Assembly: GCF_001194135.2 (NCBI RefSeq)
Contig: NC_068985.1
Coordinates: 24,203,209 to 24,240,464 of the forward strand
Length of the DNA: 37,256 bases
Source: Octopus bimaculoides
Lineage: Eukaryota
Reading direction: 5' to 3'
The notes under the pieces are model-generated. The model was given only the letters and a program-made list of their open reading frames with translations. It was not told the origin of the DNA and made no database searches. Shown in pieces: positions 1 to 12,289 of the stretch. The translations under genes and the position numbers were made by a program. How positions within the stretch are numbered: position 1 is the first letter of the stretch; each line of letters starts with the position of its first letter.

Positions 1-110
1 ATATATATATATATATATATAATGTGTGCGTATGTATGAACTTAGAGAGAGAGAGAGAGAAAGAGAGAGAGAGGGAGTCAAGCAGACAGGGTGACAGAAA
101 TATATAGAGA
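1..110. repeat. (TA)n then (GA)n microsatellites
   Basis: Directly visible dinucleotide runs. Confidence 0.95.
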
Positions 111-328
111 GAGATGGAGAACGTGTATTCATATGTGACAGCACGGGCAGAAAAAGGAAATCTGAGAAAGTGATTGAAAGTGTGTGTGAATGAGTGAGCG
201 AGTGAGTGAGTGAGTGAGTAGGTGTTTGTGTGTTTGAGAGTATGTGAAGTGACTTATAAAAGCAGAGAAGTGAAGCGATAGGAGAAAGAAAGGAAAATGG
301 AAAAAGAATAATAGTAATAATACAACAG

Positions 329-348
329 TAATAATGATGATGATATTG

Positions 349-420
<72 letters not shown>

Positions 421-471
421 GTAATAATAATAATAATAATAATGATAATAATAATAATGGTAATAATAATA
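329..471. repeat. (AAT)n microsatellite
   Basis: Long near-perfect AAT run; it explains the poly-I and poly-L ORFs at 254-546. Confidence 0.97.
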
Positions 472-935
472 TTGACATATTTTTCTGTATGTATCTATAG
501 ACATGGAAGAATTCAGAAAGGAAGAAAAACAAAAAAAAGTATATAATAAAAGAACAAATATTATGGGAAAAGGATATGTGCCAGAAACAGGATTAAATTT
601 GACATCGTTCTTCGGGAAAATAAATATTTCTTGATGCAGAATTCTGTTTTGAAAGCCACTTTTACGGTGCCAATAGTTATTTTGTGGAAGTGTTAGCCCT
701 GTCACGTTTCTAAATACAAAAATGGAACAGAAATAATGCACGAAAAGAGTGGAGATGTAAGGAAGCACTAACGTTATTCTTTAAATATAACTAAATATCA
801 CTGCTCTAATACAGATAATAAAAAAAAAAGGAGAGACATGGGAAGAGAGAATAAAGATAATCAGAAGAGATGATGTTAAAACTAAGGCATTCAACCATGA
901 AAACATTAATTACAAAAACAAAATCAATCAACAAA

Positions 936-1140
936 CAGAATTGTTAAAGCGTCGAACAAAATGCTTAGCGTTATTTTCTCGACTCTTTTACATTCTGAGT
1001 CAAATAACACCGAGGTCAACTTTGCCTTTCATCCTTTTGGGATTGATAGAATAAGTGCCAAACTAGAACTGAGGTCGGCGTAATTGATTTGCTCAGCTCC
1101 GCTCAAAATTGCAGGCCTTGTGCTGGCATTAGAATGTTTC
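936..1140 (+). mobile_element. tRNA-derived SINE, Meta-domain type, degenerate
   Basis: Head cagaattgttaaagc...aaatgcttagcg, B-box-like ttctgagtcaaat, central gaggtcaactttgcctttcatccttttgggattgatagaataagtgcc, tail ggccttgtgctggcattagaatg. Same layout as the reverse complement of 14987-15220. Confidence 0.85.
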
Positions 1141-1148
1141 ATAATAAT

Positions 1149-1324
1149 CCTTTCTACTATAGGCACAAGGCCTGAAATTGTGAGGGAGGTGTCTAGTCGA
1201 TTACAACGGCCCCAGTGCATAATGATACTTATTTCATCTACCGTGAAAGGATGAAATGTAAAGTCGACGTCGGTGGAATGCCGCTAAGTATTTTTCCCGG
1301 CGTGCTAACGATTTTGCCAACTCC
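1149..1324 (-). mobile_element. Meta-type SINE with type-A tail, internally deleted
   Basis: cctttctactataggcacaaggcctgaaatt ... gaaaggatgaaatgtaaagtcgacgtcggtggaat ... ccggcgtgctaacgattttgccaac. Confidence 0.85.
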
Positions 1325-1334
1325 AGCTATTGTC

Positions 1335-1480
1335 AGGAAAGGGCGTTAATCGATACTATCCCCAGTAATTGACTGGTGGTATTTGTACTGACCTTAGGGG
1401 AAGGGTGAGTATGGGGTGTGGGTGTATTAAAGGCAAAGTTGATCACGGTGCGATTTGAACTCAGAACATAAAAAACCGGA
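1335..1480 (-). mobile_element. Degenerate Meta-type SINE fragment
   Basis: aaaggcaaagttgatcacggtgcgatttgaactcagaacataaa matches the family core and B-box region. Confidence 0.7.
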
Positions 1481-1494
1481 AATAATAATAGTTT

Positions 1495-1870
1495 TTCTTT
1501 AGGTATAAGAAGGCCAGTGATATTGAAGAAAGGGGATTAGTCGATTCCATCGACACCATTACTTGATTAGTACTATATGTTATCTATGGAATAGAAGCGT
1601 TAAACAGTGACGTATATAATAAATACAAACTTGTTACCAGTCTGGCTAGACGACGTTTTGAATTGACATGGGGAGTTTACATAAATTTGTCTACAACTAA
1701 AAATTTCCTACATGACAAAATATATGAATGATTTTTATTACGGGTCCGAATATACCCCGAGCATATTTCAATTGGTAATAAGTTTATATTTTATCTATCT
1801 CGAAGGGATCAAAGATGAGATTTGAACTCAGAATGTAATGAACCTGAATAAATATTTCATTGCATTTTGT
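1495..1870 (-). mobile_element. Two separate degenerate Meta-type SINE fragments (about 1495-1580 tail; about 1770-1870 body)
   Basis: ggggattagtcgattccatcgacacc and gatttgaactcagaatgtaa. Confidence 0.6.
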
Positions 1871-1889
1871 TCTACAGCCTTTCAATAAC

Positions 1890-2090
1890 TCTTTCTACCT
1901 TAGGTAGAAAGCCTGGAATTTTGGAGGAGGTGGGTGCTAATCAATTGCATCAACTCCAGTAATCGATTGATATTCGTTTCATTGACCCCCGAAAGGGTGA
2001 AAGGCAAAATGAACCTCGGCGGAAATTGAACTCAGAACGTAAAGACCGATGAAATGCCGTTATGAATTTTGCCCGGCATGCTAACGGTTC
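1890..2090 (-). mobile_element. Meta-type SINE, near full length
   Basis: ttgacccccgaaagggtgaaaggcaaaatgaacctcggcggaaattgaactcagaacgtaaagaccgatgaaatgccgtt...gcccggcatgctaacggttc. Confidence 0.85.
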
Positions 2091-2139
2091 TTCTACCTCA
2101 TCACCTTCACGGCCTTTTAATGATACTTTCAAGTCTGGG

Positions 2140-2430
2140 CCCAAGTGCAGAAGGAGTTTTGTAGAGAATGGGTTAGATTTCACCATCAGTCACAATACTT
2201 AATTGATATTTCATTCAAACGACTCTGAAAGGAAGGGAAACAAAATTGGCGGCTTCAATGAGTTTTGAATATAAAGAACCAGAACAAATAGTACAAGACA
2301 TATTCTTTCGACATCTAATGAATCTGCCACTATTCCCCCACCCAAACCAGTCTTTCTAAACTAGGTACAAGGCTTAGAATTGGGGGACATTGACACTAGT
2401 ACTTGACTGGTAATTTATTTTAAGACAGTA
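2140..2430 (-). mobile_element. Old Meta-type SINE (about 2140-2340) plus tail fragment (about 2350-2430)
   Basis: ctctgaaaggaagggaaacaaaattggcggcttcaatgag; tctttctaaactaggtacaaggcttagaatt. Confidence 0.6.
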
Positions 2431-2599
2431 AGCTGAAAAAGCTGACTATGAAAGAGTGATGCTTGTGTTGTTGAAACCTTGCATGCATTAATTCCAACTA
2501 TTCTCATAAATAACTGCATTGTCTTTTTTTTTTTTTTTTTTTTTTCAGGTAAGCTGATTTTTGACTTAAAAGAACACTTGAAAAGTAACTAGTAACGAC

Positions 2600-2815
2600 T
2601 TCTCGTTTCTAATTTTTCACGAGAGCAGAAATTTTGGAGGCGGTGTTTAGTCAATTATATCGACCTCATCGCTTGATAGGTAACTTATTTTATCGACCCT
2701 GGGGGACGAAATACGATGATGATCTATCTCCGCGTTATTTGAATTCAGAACATAAAGATGCAGAAGAAATACAGCATCACATTTTATCCGATGCTTTAAC
2801 GATTCTGTCAATCTA
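2600..2815 (-). mobile_element. Old Meta-type SINE
   Basis: tagtcaattatatcgacctc...acttattttatcgaccc...ttatttgaattcagaacataaag...taacgattctgtcaa. Confidence 0.75.
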
Positions 2816-2849
2816 CCTCCTTGAATATTAGTTTTTGATTAGAGATTAA

Positions 2850-3030
2850 GGTCAGCAATTCTAAAGAGAAAGGTTAGTTGAGACTATCAACGTCTTTATT
2901 TTTTGGTACGTTATTTTATCAACTTCGATAAAAAGGAAAGTTGATCTTGGCAGTGTTTGAACTCAGAACGTAAAGACATGTAAACACAGGCAGGCATTTT
3001 GTCCGACACTCTAACAATTCTGTCAAACCA
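2850..3030 (-). mobile_element. Old Meta-type SINE
   Basis: ggtacgttattttatcaac...ggaaagttgatcttggcagtgtttgaactcagaacgtaaagac...ctaacaattctgtcaa. Confidence 0.75.
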
Positions 3031-3059
3031 TTGTTTTTAATGATAGCAGTAATAATAAT

Positions 3060-3240
3060 GTCTAACATAGACACAAGGCAAAATATTAAACCAACGGCAC
3101 TATTTGACTAGTGTTTGTTTTACTGAGACCGAGAAGGATGACTAGCAAGTTTGATTCTCATGATTTTCGAATTGAAAACGTAAAGGGAGGTAACAGTATT
3201 TTGTCCGTCGTACATCCAATTCCGTCATCCACTACCTTCT
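3060..3240 (-). mobile_element. Highly degenerate Meta-type SINE
   Basis: tagacacaaggcaaaat...gagaccgagaaggatgactagcaagtttgattctc...aaaacgtaaagg. Confidence 0.5.
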
Positions 3241-4675
3241 GGAAATCAACAACCACAGTATTAATAACACCGACAATAACAACAACAGTAACAGTAACAA
3301 GATTAGCGAATGTATGAGATATTGATTGTTTTTCTTTTCCTTATTTTCTTTTCTCTTGTTTCTTCTCTTTTTGTTTTTACATTCTGAGGTTAATGAAATA
3401 ACCTCATACGACAGGAGAAGGCTTCCAATAACATTTTGATATAATAATAGCATAATATGTTAGTTTTTCATTTTGATTTCTTGTTTGTTTTGTTGAGGCG
3501 AAATAACTGCGGAGTTTACAGTTTACTCGTTAAAGATCAACGAAAATCTTATAAAAGACGAAAGGAATTTAATTAAGAAAATTCTGGAAGAAAATATTGA
3601 AAAAGAGAGTTGCTTTCTTTTTTTTTCACCATTGTTGCTATTTGTATATTAGTTTTTTAATTTTGTGTCATTATTTTCTTAATTTTTTTTTTATTACCAT
3701 TTGTGTTAATATTATTAACATTTATGTTACTTTTCCTTCTATTTTATTTTTCTATTTTTTTTTCTTTCTTTTCGTTTTTTTTAAATTTTGTTTTTTTAAA
3801 TTTTAGAAATCGTGCTTTCTGTTCAGAACTTTCCGATTATTGGACAAATTGGTGAGATTCCAATATAGAAATCGAGAAACTTCATTGGCTAATATGCTAA
3901 TTCTTCATTGATCATATACTCACGCATGCATACACAAACACACATGCACGCATGCACACGCACGCACATACACGAAACACGCAAGAACACCTGAACTGTT
4001 AAGAGTTTCAGGAAATTATAACAAAAAATATATAATAATTGGACATCTTAAAATGTTTCTTTTTAGTGAGGAATATTTATCTATAATTTATCTCTTGTTT
4101 ACTGTTAAAGGGATTTCAGAGCGAANNNNNNNNNNNNNNNNNNNNNNNNNNNNNNNNNNNNNNNNNNNNNNNNNNNNNNNNNNNNNNNNNNNNNNNNNNN
4201 NNNNNNNNNNNNNNNNNNNNNNNNNNNNNNNNNNNNNNNNNNNNNNNNNNNNNNNNNNNNNNNNNNNNNNNNNNNNNNNNNNNNNNNNNNNNNNNNNNNN
4301 NNNNNNNNNNNNNNNNNNNNNNNNNNNNNNNNNNNNNNNNNNNNNNNNNNNNNNNNNNNNNNNNNNNNNNNNNNNNNNNNNNNNNNNNNNNNNNNNNNNN
4401 NNNNNNNNNNNNNNNNNNNNNNNNNNNNNNNNNNNNNNNNNNNNNNNNNNNNNNNNNNNNNNNNNNNNNNNNNNNNNNNNNNNNNNNNNNNNNNNNNNNN
4501 NNNNNNNNNNNNNNNNNNNNNNNNNNNNNNNNNNNNNNNNNNNNNNNNNNNNNNNNNNNNNNNNATATATATACATGTATATACACACATATACACATAT
4601 GTATTATATAGATATATATGTACATATACATGTATATATATTTGTATATATATACATATATATATATAATATAAG

Positions 4676-4712
<37 letters not shown>

Positions 4713-5274
4713 TATATTATATTATATTATATTATATATACAAATATATATATATTTGTATGTATGCATAAAATAAATGAAAAATATTTCAAATTATTTC
4801 AATATATCATCAGAATTTCCAGCACATATACATCTCTCGATTCAAAATACTAAGCTGCTATTCAATATCTCAGCAATGACCCCATATCCTGATGTAAAAG
4901 GACAGAGAAGAAAACAAACTATCTGCTAAATAGATCTATAGATATGGCTGACAAATTGAAGAAAGATGGAGGGTGTAAAGGAGAAGCAGACGGGATAGAA
5001 AGTACAGAGAAGATGGAGACTGTGAAGCTATGATACGATAAAAGAGATATAGTGATAGGGAGAGAAGGAGAGAAAGAGAGAAAGAGAGAAGGAGCAACAG
5101 AGAAAGAGAGTAATGAAAGAGTGGATGGAAGGAGATCGAAAAGTGACTGAGAATGCGAGTATAGCTATATATATNNNNNNNNNNNNNNNNNNNNNNNNNN
5201 NNNNNNNNNNNNNNNNNNNNNNNNNNNNNNNNNNNNNNNNNNNNNNNNNNNNNNNNNNNNNNNNNNNNNNNNNN

Positions 5275-5330
5275 AAGGTGGTGCTCCAGCATGGCCGCAG
5301 TGAAATGACTGAAACAAGGAAAAGAATTAA
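5275..5330 (+). mobile_element. SINE 3' end fragment next to a gap
   Basis: aaggtggtgctccagcatggccgcagtgaaatgactgaaacaag, recognised from memory as a common cephalopod SINE tail, followed by an A-rich run. Confidence 0.6.
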
Positions 5331-5544
5331 AAAATATGATAGAGATAAAGCGAAATGTCTTCAGAGAAAGAAAAAGAAAAGGAGAGAAAACGAGAAAGAC
5401 GAAATGGTGATAAATTTGAAGAAAGCGATCTAAAAACGAGTCGGTGTAAGATATTGTCTTAATCGATTAAACTGCTAGAGATATTAGTCAATGTTCCCTC
5501 AAGGTGCATACTACTCTTCATGTTGGATAGATCAATGCTTATAT

Positions 5545-5845
5545 CTTTTCTACTCTAGGCACAAGGCCCGAAATTTTTAGGGAGGGGCCAGTCGATTAGG
5601 CCAACCTCAGTACGCAACTGGTATTTTCGCCCGGCGTGCTAACGTTTCTTTTCTACTCGAGGCACAAAGGCCGAAATTTTGGGAGAGGGGCCAGTCAATT
5701 AGACCAACCTCAGTACGCAGCCGGTACTTAATAATTTATCGACCCCGAACGGATGAAAGGCAAAGTCGACCTCGGTGAAATATGAACTCAGAACGTAAAG
5801 ACACACGAAATACCGCTAAGCATTTCGCCTGGCGTGCTAACGTTT
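5545..5845 (-). mobile_element. Head-to-tail pair of Meta-type SINEs (type-A tail)
   Basis: Unit 1 (5545-5648) has an internal deletion; unit 2 (5649-5845) is near complete. Both begin ttttctactc(t/g)aggcacaa and both carry ccaacctcagtacgca. Confidence 0.9.
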
Positions 5846-6489
5846 ATTATTTCTNNNNNNNNNNNNNNNNNNNNNNNNNNNNNNNNNNNNNNNNNNNNNN
5901 NNNNNNNNNNNNNNNNNNNNNNNNNNNNNNNNNNNNNNNNNNNNNNNNNNNNNNNNNNNNNNNNNNNNNNNNNNNNNNNNNNNNNNNNNNNNNNNNNNNN
6001 NNNNNNNNNNNNNNNNNNNNNNNNNNNNNNNNNNNNNNNNNNNNNNNNNNNNNNNNNNNNNNNNNNNNNNNNNNNNNNNNNNNNNNNNNNNNNNNNNNNN
6101 NNNNNNNNNNNNNNNNNNNNNNNNNNNNNNNNNNNNNNNNNNNNNNNNNNNNNNNNNNNNNNNNNNNNNNNNNNNNNNNNNNNNNNNNNNNNNNNNNNNN
6201 NNNNNNNNNNNNNNNNNNNNNNNNNNNNNNNNNNNNNNNNNNNNNNNNNNNNNNNNNNNNNNNNNNNNNNNNNNNNNNNNNNNNNATGGTAAAATACGCG
6301 AAAACTGTTTTAAACTAAAATATGAATAAACACATATTTTGATAACCTTTACCATATTTCTTCCCTTTGGGAAATTCCTTCGGTATCTTCTTTTTACTAA
6401 TTATCAGTATATTGACCAAATTTCTCATAAATATGTAACAATAAATAATACATTTCGTTTTACAGAGATGATTGTCAGGTAAAAATGCT

Positions 6490-6592
6490 CGCTTTGCAGC
6501 CATGTAATTTCGGGTTCAGTCCTACAGCACGTCTTCTCGGGCCGACCATTGCCTTGTGAGTGAATTTGAGAGACAGAAACTGCGTAGGTGCT
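6490..6592 (+). mobile_element. CORE-type tRNA SINE fragment
   Basis: B-box-like cgggttcagtcc followed by ctcgggccgaccattgccttgtgagtgaatttgagagacagaaactg; similar to 21850-21975 and the reverse complement of 25865-26000. Confidence 0.7.
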
Positions 6593-6607
6593 GGAAAACC
6601 GTGTATT

Positions 6608-6648
6608 TCGCCCGGTGTACTAACGTTTCTGCCAGCTCGCCGCCCTTA
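6608..6648 (-). mobile_element. 5' head of a Meta-type SINE
   Basis: ttcgcccggtgtactaacgtttctgccagctcgccgccctt. Confidence 0.8.
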
Positions 6649-7579
6649 GATCAGTGCATATATACTACAAAACTGTTGAATACAGTGCAGGATGCAGAAA
6701 TGTTCCGGATGGGGCACCTTCCATCGTAGTTATGTTCAATCAAGTGTGGCCTGGTACTGGACAATACCAAAAATAGCAACAACAAACCAAAAACAACTGT
6801 GCAAAAGAACCAAAATGAAGTCTTTTACGTCATCCCTCCCGCCACAGGAGTAGTTTCTAACAATCAAAACATGGNNNNNNNNNNNNNNNNNNNNNNNNNN
6901 NNNNNNNNNNNNNNNNNNNNNNNNNNNNNNNNNNNNNNNNNNNNNNNNNNNNNNNNNNNNNNNNNNNNNNNNNNNNNNNNNNNNNNNNNNNNNNNNNNNN
7001 NNNNNNNNNNNNNNNNNNNNNNNNNNNNNNNNNNNNNNNNNNNNNNNNNNNNNNNNNNNNNNNNNNNNNNNNNNNNNNNNNNNNNNNNNNNNNNNNNNNN
7101 NNNNNNNNNNNNNNNNNNNNNNNNNNNNNNNNNNNNNNNNNNNNNNNNNNNNNNNNNNNNNNNNNNNNNNNNNNNNNNNNNNNNNNNNNNNNNNNNNNNN
7201 NNNNNNNNNNNNNNNNNNNNNNNNNNNNNNNNNNNNNNNNNNNNNNNNNNNNNNNNNNNNNNNNNNNNNNNNNNNNNNNNNNNNNNNNNNNNNNNNNNNN
7301 NNNNNNNNNNNNNNNNNNNNNNNNNNNNNNNNNNNNNNNNNNNNNNNNNNNNNNNNNNNNNNNNNNNNNNNNNNNNNNNNNNNNNNNNNNNNNNNNNNNN
7401 NNNNNNNNNNNNNNNNNNNNNNNNNNNNNNNNNNNNNNNNNNNNNNNNNNNNNNNNNNNNNNNNNNNNNNNNNNNNNNNNNNNNNNNNTATATATATATA
7501 TATATATATATATATGGGTATGTATATATATAAATATATTTATATATATATACCTATATGTATATGGGTATATATATTG

Positions 7580-7610
<31 letters not shown>

Positions 7611-7757
7611 CTATATATAAATGCACATATATATGTGTATATATATATGAGTGTATGAATACACACTCACTCATGCACATACATACACACTCACGTGCCC
7701 GCGCACTGGCACACATACACAAACACACGCATATATATATAAATATATATATATACA

Positions 7758-7793
<36 letters not shown>

Positions 7794-8462
7794 TATATGT
7801 ATATATTTGGTTAAATTATTTTGAATTAAAAAAATATAGAGTATGGGGCAAATATATAGTCACTGCAGTTCAATGTTCATCGGTTACGTCTGATTAATTT
7901 CTCAGGCAGAAAATCAAACAAACGAAAGGAAGTAAATACGAGCTAATCAATTTTAGTAGCCATAGTGATGAGATTTGGAAAACGTAATTAAAATACTTGC
8001 CAAGGTGCGCGACAATGTCAGCAAAATCGATAAAGAGATATCGGAAGGGGTCACCAAACTAGATTTCTCACTCTCGCTATCGTCGTTCAAGACAATTAGT
8101 TCCTTGCACTAATTTCCATAGGAGTTTGTGAAAAAATAAAATCAAGTAAAACTAAACAATACGCAATATAGCATTAGCCAATTCTGGCGTTTAAATCCTG
8201 TTTTATGGGACGACTAATCTTAAACGTTCTTGTCCTTCGGTTCATTTTAATTATGCATTGCAAACTGAACAAATTAGAAGGAGATGAAAGACATAAACAA
8301 TCTTATTCATGAAGCAATGTGGAAATTGCAATGCTTTTATATACATAGTTGCATCAGTGTTTTATGATAGATTATAGCTAAGGTCTTAGAACATGAGAAT
8401 GTTTGATAAACAGCCAGTAAGTATGACCAGGTAATTATTGAAGGAACTAAAGTTGTTTTCAC

Positions 8463-8505
<43 letters not shown>

Positions 8506-8506
8506 G

Positions 8507-8532
<26 letters not shown>
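8463..8532. repeat. (TATC)n/(TGTC)n compound microsatellite
   Basis: Directly visible. Confidence 0.95.
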
Positions 8533-8548
<16 letters not shown>

Positions 8549-9059
8549 CCGTCCGTCCGTCTGTCTGTCTATCTATATTGATCCATTTTGTTCTATAGAT
8601 CCGAAGCGAAACTTCAGGTCGCTAATTTCTGCAAGTATTGTATAATAACACATGAAGCTAGGTTAACAACCGATGCGAAGTTGTTAGCGTAGCATTGTAA
8701 GTCAACAAAATACTCATCGTATTTCCAGTTTGACCAGGACTTACATCCACTAACTTAGTCTGGTATCTATATATAGCCAAATAGAAGGATTTAGCGAGCT
8801 TCCTGTCGGATCTATGCAAAGAATCATGATGAACAAATGTGCACAATTTCTCTAGCATACTCATCTTGATTGAAAATGATAAATCCCTAGCCTGTGTGCC
8901 TTTTTCTTGTTTAATTGGTGTGCGATTCCTTTCTGACACAGTAATTCAAAGGAAATTTTGATGTTTCTTGCAGATCAAGTAGCAACATAAAGTCTCCATC
9001 GTGTTGTTAAGGAGAGGCTTATTCAATTGTTACTAAAGTTCAAAGATGGATGGCACAAC

Positions 9060-10140
9060 ATATATTTTCGTCTTGGCTTTGATCGTTGCTCTTCTCCAAT
9101 AACACATGTTAGCCTCCCCTCCATCTCTCTTACACTCACCTCATTTCTATTACTTTCCCCAATAGACCAGCGGAGGTGGCCAAATTACGCTTGTCACATC
9201 TTTCTCTCTTCACACCCTTCTTCCTACGGACTGTAAGCTCGACCATGATTATTTTCTTTGCTTTTCAGACCACAAACCTAAATTTTGCCTCAGGGTTGTC
9301 AGGATGAAATGGGGAAACTGCAATCTATCCTCCAAGTCTACTTTCATATACCATGGTTGGTCCCCATTTAGTGGACTGTTTGTCATTTTTGCTCTCATCG
9401 GTGGCTTTTCCCCTTCCTTCATGAATTTGATTGCTCTTGTTTTCCCCTGTTGATGGTATTTCTTGAATCTTTCCTTTTTCAGAGTGTGAGCGAGTGTTGC
9501 AAGCACCTTGTCATGGAGCCACATTTTATCTCCCTTAAGTAAATGCTATTTTGCATCTTGGCAAGATGTGTGCCAGGGTGCCCCTTTCTCCAAACGTGTA
9601 CACAGCTAGAGTCCTTTCAGAGCCCATCTGTGCAGGTTTGTTGGATTTAGGAGTCTGTCGTACACCTCTAACAGAAAGCGATGCGGAAAGGTTTCAGTCT
9701 TCAAACGCTTGTCATTTTGACTTTCCTTTTAGGAAGGTCCCATTTAGCCCAGGCTCCTTGGGATACCAGGCTTACAGCTCTTGACCTTCCTTCCTCCCCG
9801 TGCCGAGCTTCTGCCGTACCTCACCATGCTTTCAATCTGTGCGACCGTGATGCTGACCGCCGTCTTTCACCCGGAGCTTGTGGTTTACCGATATATTTGA
9901 CGCGCTCATCCTGGGAGTTCCTGTACATTATTACCATTTTACTCTTTGCAACCTTGATTTCCTCTTCCACTGGGGCTATCCAGGTTTTATGGACAGGCCA
10001 AATAAATGAGGCTTGCGGGGATACCCAGCCACCTTCGGAGGTATTTGTTCTCCTTGCTCTCCACTCTTTCTACTTTTCTCATACACTGTCAATAACCATA
10101 TGAGTCTTGGAACAATACGAACGGGTGCAGGACGGTTTCG
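9060..10140 (-). mobile_element. Decayed RLE-type non-LTR retrotransposon, HERO-like; end of RT, CCHC zinc knuckle, endonuclease
   Basis: Frame-spliced minus translation gives PRLIWLLTVYE...; RSRAVSLVSQGAWAKWDLPKRK...; VYDRL.NPTNLHRW; GERGTLAHIL..CK...WLHDKVLA (CCHC remnant); WYMKVDLEDRLQFP...TTLRQNLGLWS...IIMVELTV..EEGCEE (degenerate RPD...ELTVPWEE endonuclease). Many stops and frameshifts; ends approximate. Confidence 0.85.
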
Positions 10141-10454
10141 TTGCTCTGCGTGCATCTCGGGTACCCAAGTTGACGGCTTTACCACGCCTGTAGAGTTTAT
10201 TCCTAACGGATAGTACCGCTCACTAGCTTTCTCAGCACAGGGATTTGTACACATTATCAATAGACTTTAATCGAACATTCTCCGGAACACACCAGCCAGT
10301 TGATATTTGTCGACGCTCAGATACATTTACCCATTATCTAAACATAATAAATCATACACTTCATTAGAGAAAAATATCAAGGGCTATGGTGAAAGCAAAC
10401 GGTAGCCATTTTGAATTGGAAATATATGTAAAATGTTGCATTCAAATTTTGACG

Positions 10455-10618
10455 CAAAGCCAGCAATTTTGTGGGAGGGGGTAAATCAAGTACATCGATC
10501 CCAGTGCATAACTGGTTCTTATTTTATCACCCTTGAAAGAATGAAAAGCAAAGTCAACCTTGGCGGAATTTGGACTCAGCATTTTACCCGGCGAGCGAAC
10601 AATTCTGTAAGCTCACTG
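10455..10618 (-). mobile_element. Meta-type SINE, internally deleted
   Basis: catcgatcccagtgcataactggttcttattttatcacccttgaaagaatgaaaagcaaagtcaaccttggcggaatttggactcag. Confidence 0.85.
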
Positions 10619-11242
10619 CGATAAATATCCGTAAAATATTGTCAATAGCTATAACAATTAACCTGTGTACCTTCATTGACCAAAACCTAAAAGCTTTTTT
10701 ATTCTATGATAATATGAATAATGGATAAATATATATGTTGCACCCGGCAGAAGGGATTCGGGTACCGAGTTCATCATGCGGAAATTCCCATTGTTTTCCT
10801 TTGGATGGGAAGAGGAAGCACTTTTTCTATCTGGTGACTTTAGTGAACATGATTGTATGGTAGACAAAGCTGGAAAAATATAAAGAAGACATTTTCCTGT
10901 CTCTGCAAGTTCTATTTGGAGAAAAAGCTGAAGGTGAAGAGGCCGGTGTTTCCGAAATAGTGAGTGAGTCTAGCGAAGATGACGCAGACGAACGAATATG
11001 TTATCGGCATGCACCTGTAAACTGTAGAACAGAGAGTGATCGGAGTATGTCTCTTTAGTACTCAAGGCAAACGTGGATCAACACTCTTCCTTGTTTACCT
11101 TCAGGTAAATGGCTGTCCTCCATCAAGGACAAATCTTGTTATTCCTTTTCTACCTTTCTGGCTTTCATATCAGCCCGTAAACATTTTTTTGCAATTCCTT
11201 TTTGTAATGTAGTATCATCTGTCGCCCTTGAGGCAACTAAAG

Positions 11243-11368
<126 letters not shown>

Positions 11369-11909
11369 GGCTAACTCAAATCCTATTTGTATATCTAAGG
11401 AAAGCTTTTCTCTGTTCTCACTTTCTTTCATTCTCCAAGTGTTTAAAACCAACTTAAGCCTTCTTTAAAGCAACTTAATCCATTAAAGATCATACTGGAT
11501 TCCAGTGCAAGAGAATAAAACAAATAATTGACTGCAAGACAAAATTTTTGACAAAATAAAAGCAAGATTTATAAATAAATATAAATACGATGTTTATTCA
11601 GGTTTTAAGCGGGACTGTCTCCTTTTCTCCATTCTCCCCTCCTTACTCTCTTCTCATTTCTCTCATACTTTACTTTTTTGTCATCCTGTTTCTACATTTC
11701 CCCCTCTCCTCTCTGTTTCTATCTTTCTGTTTCTCTTTCCGACTCACTCACGCTTTTCTCACATCTTTCTCTTTGTTTTTTCTATCTCTGTCTCTGTCTC
11801 TACCTCTCACTCTCTGTTTTTCTTCCGTTATATTGATGTTCTCTTTCTATTTCTTTTTCTGCTACCCCACCCTTTCATTTTTTCTCTCAGCCTGTCTTTG
11901 GGTGCTTGC

Positions 11910-11910
<1 letters not shown>

Positions 11911-11965
<55 letters not shown>

Positions 11966-12024
11966 TTATCTGCTTATCTGTCTGCCTGTCTGTCTGCCTG
12001 TCTGTCTGTTTGTCTGTCTGCCTG

Positions 12025-12077
<53 letters not shown>
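11911..12077. repeat. (TATC)n-(TGTC)n-(TATC)n compound microsatellite
   Basis: Directly visible; source of the YLSI-repeat ORFs. Confidence 0.95.
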
Positions 12078-12078
<1 letters not shown>

Positions 12079-12289
12079 AAAATCGTTTTTACTCTCCTTA
12101 CAGTTACACTTCTCCAACATCAGTCCCTCTTCTTTCATCATATTTACCATTCTAGTCTTTTCTTCTAAATTTATCCATATGTATAAATATGGCGGTTCTT
12201 TTTCTTCGCTTATATAATTTTTCGTATTTCATCCCTTTTTCATCTACATTTTTTTCATCTTTCTCTTTCATTGCATAACGTTTTTCCTT

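Noticed and set aside
2521-2553. Poly-T followed by CAGGTAAG as a splice site
   Set aside because: Acceptor and donor motifs overlap with no exon between them, and the site appears to lie within a repeat.
10738-10790. Minus-strand ccgcATGATGAactcggtac as a collapsed PLE hammerhead
   Set aside because: Stem II is absent, the core is altered and stem I does not pair; at best an unrecognisable remnant.
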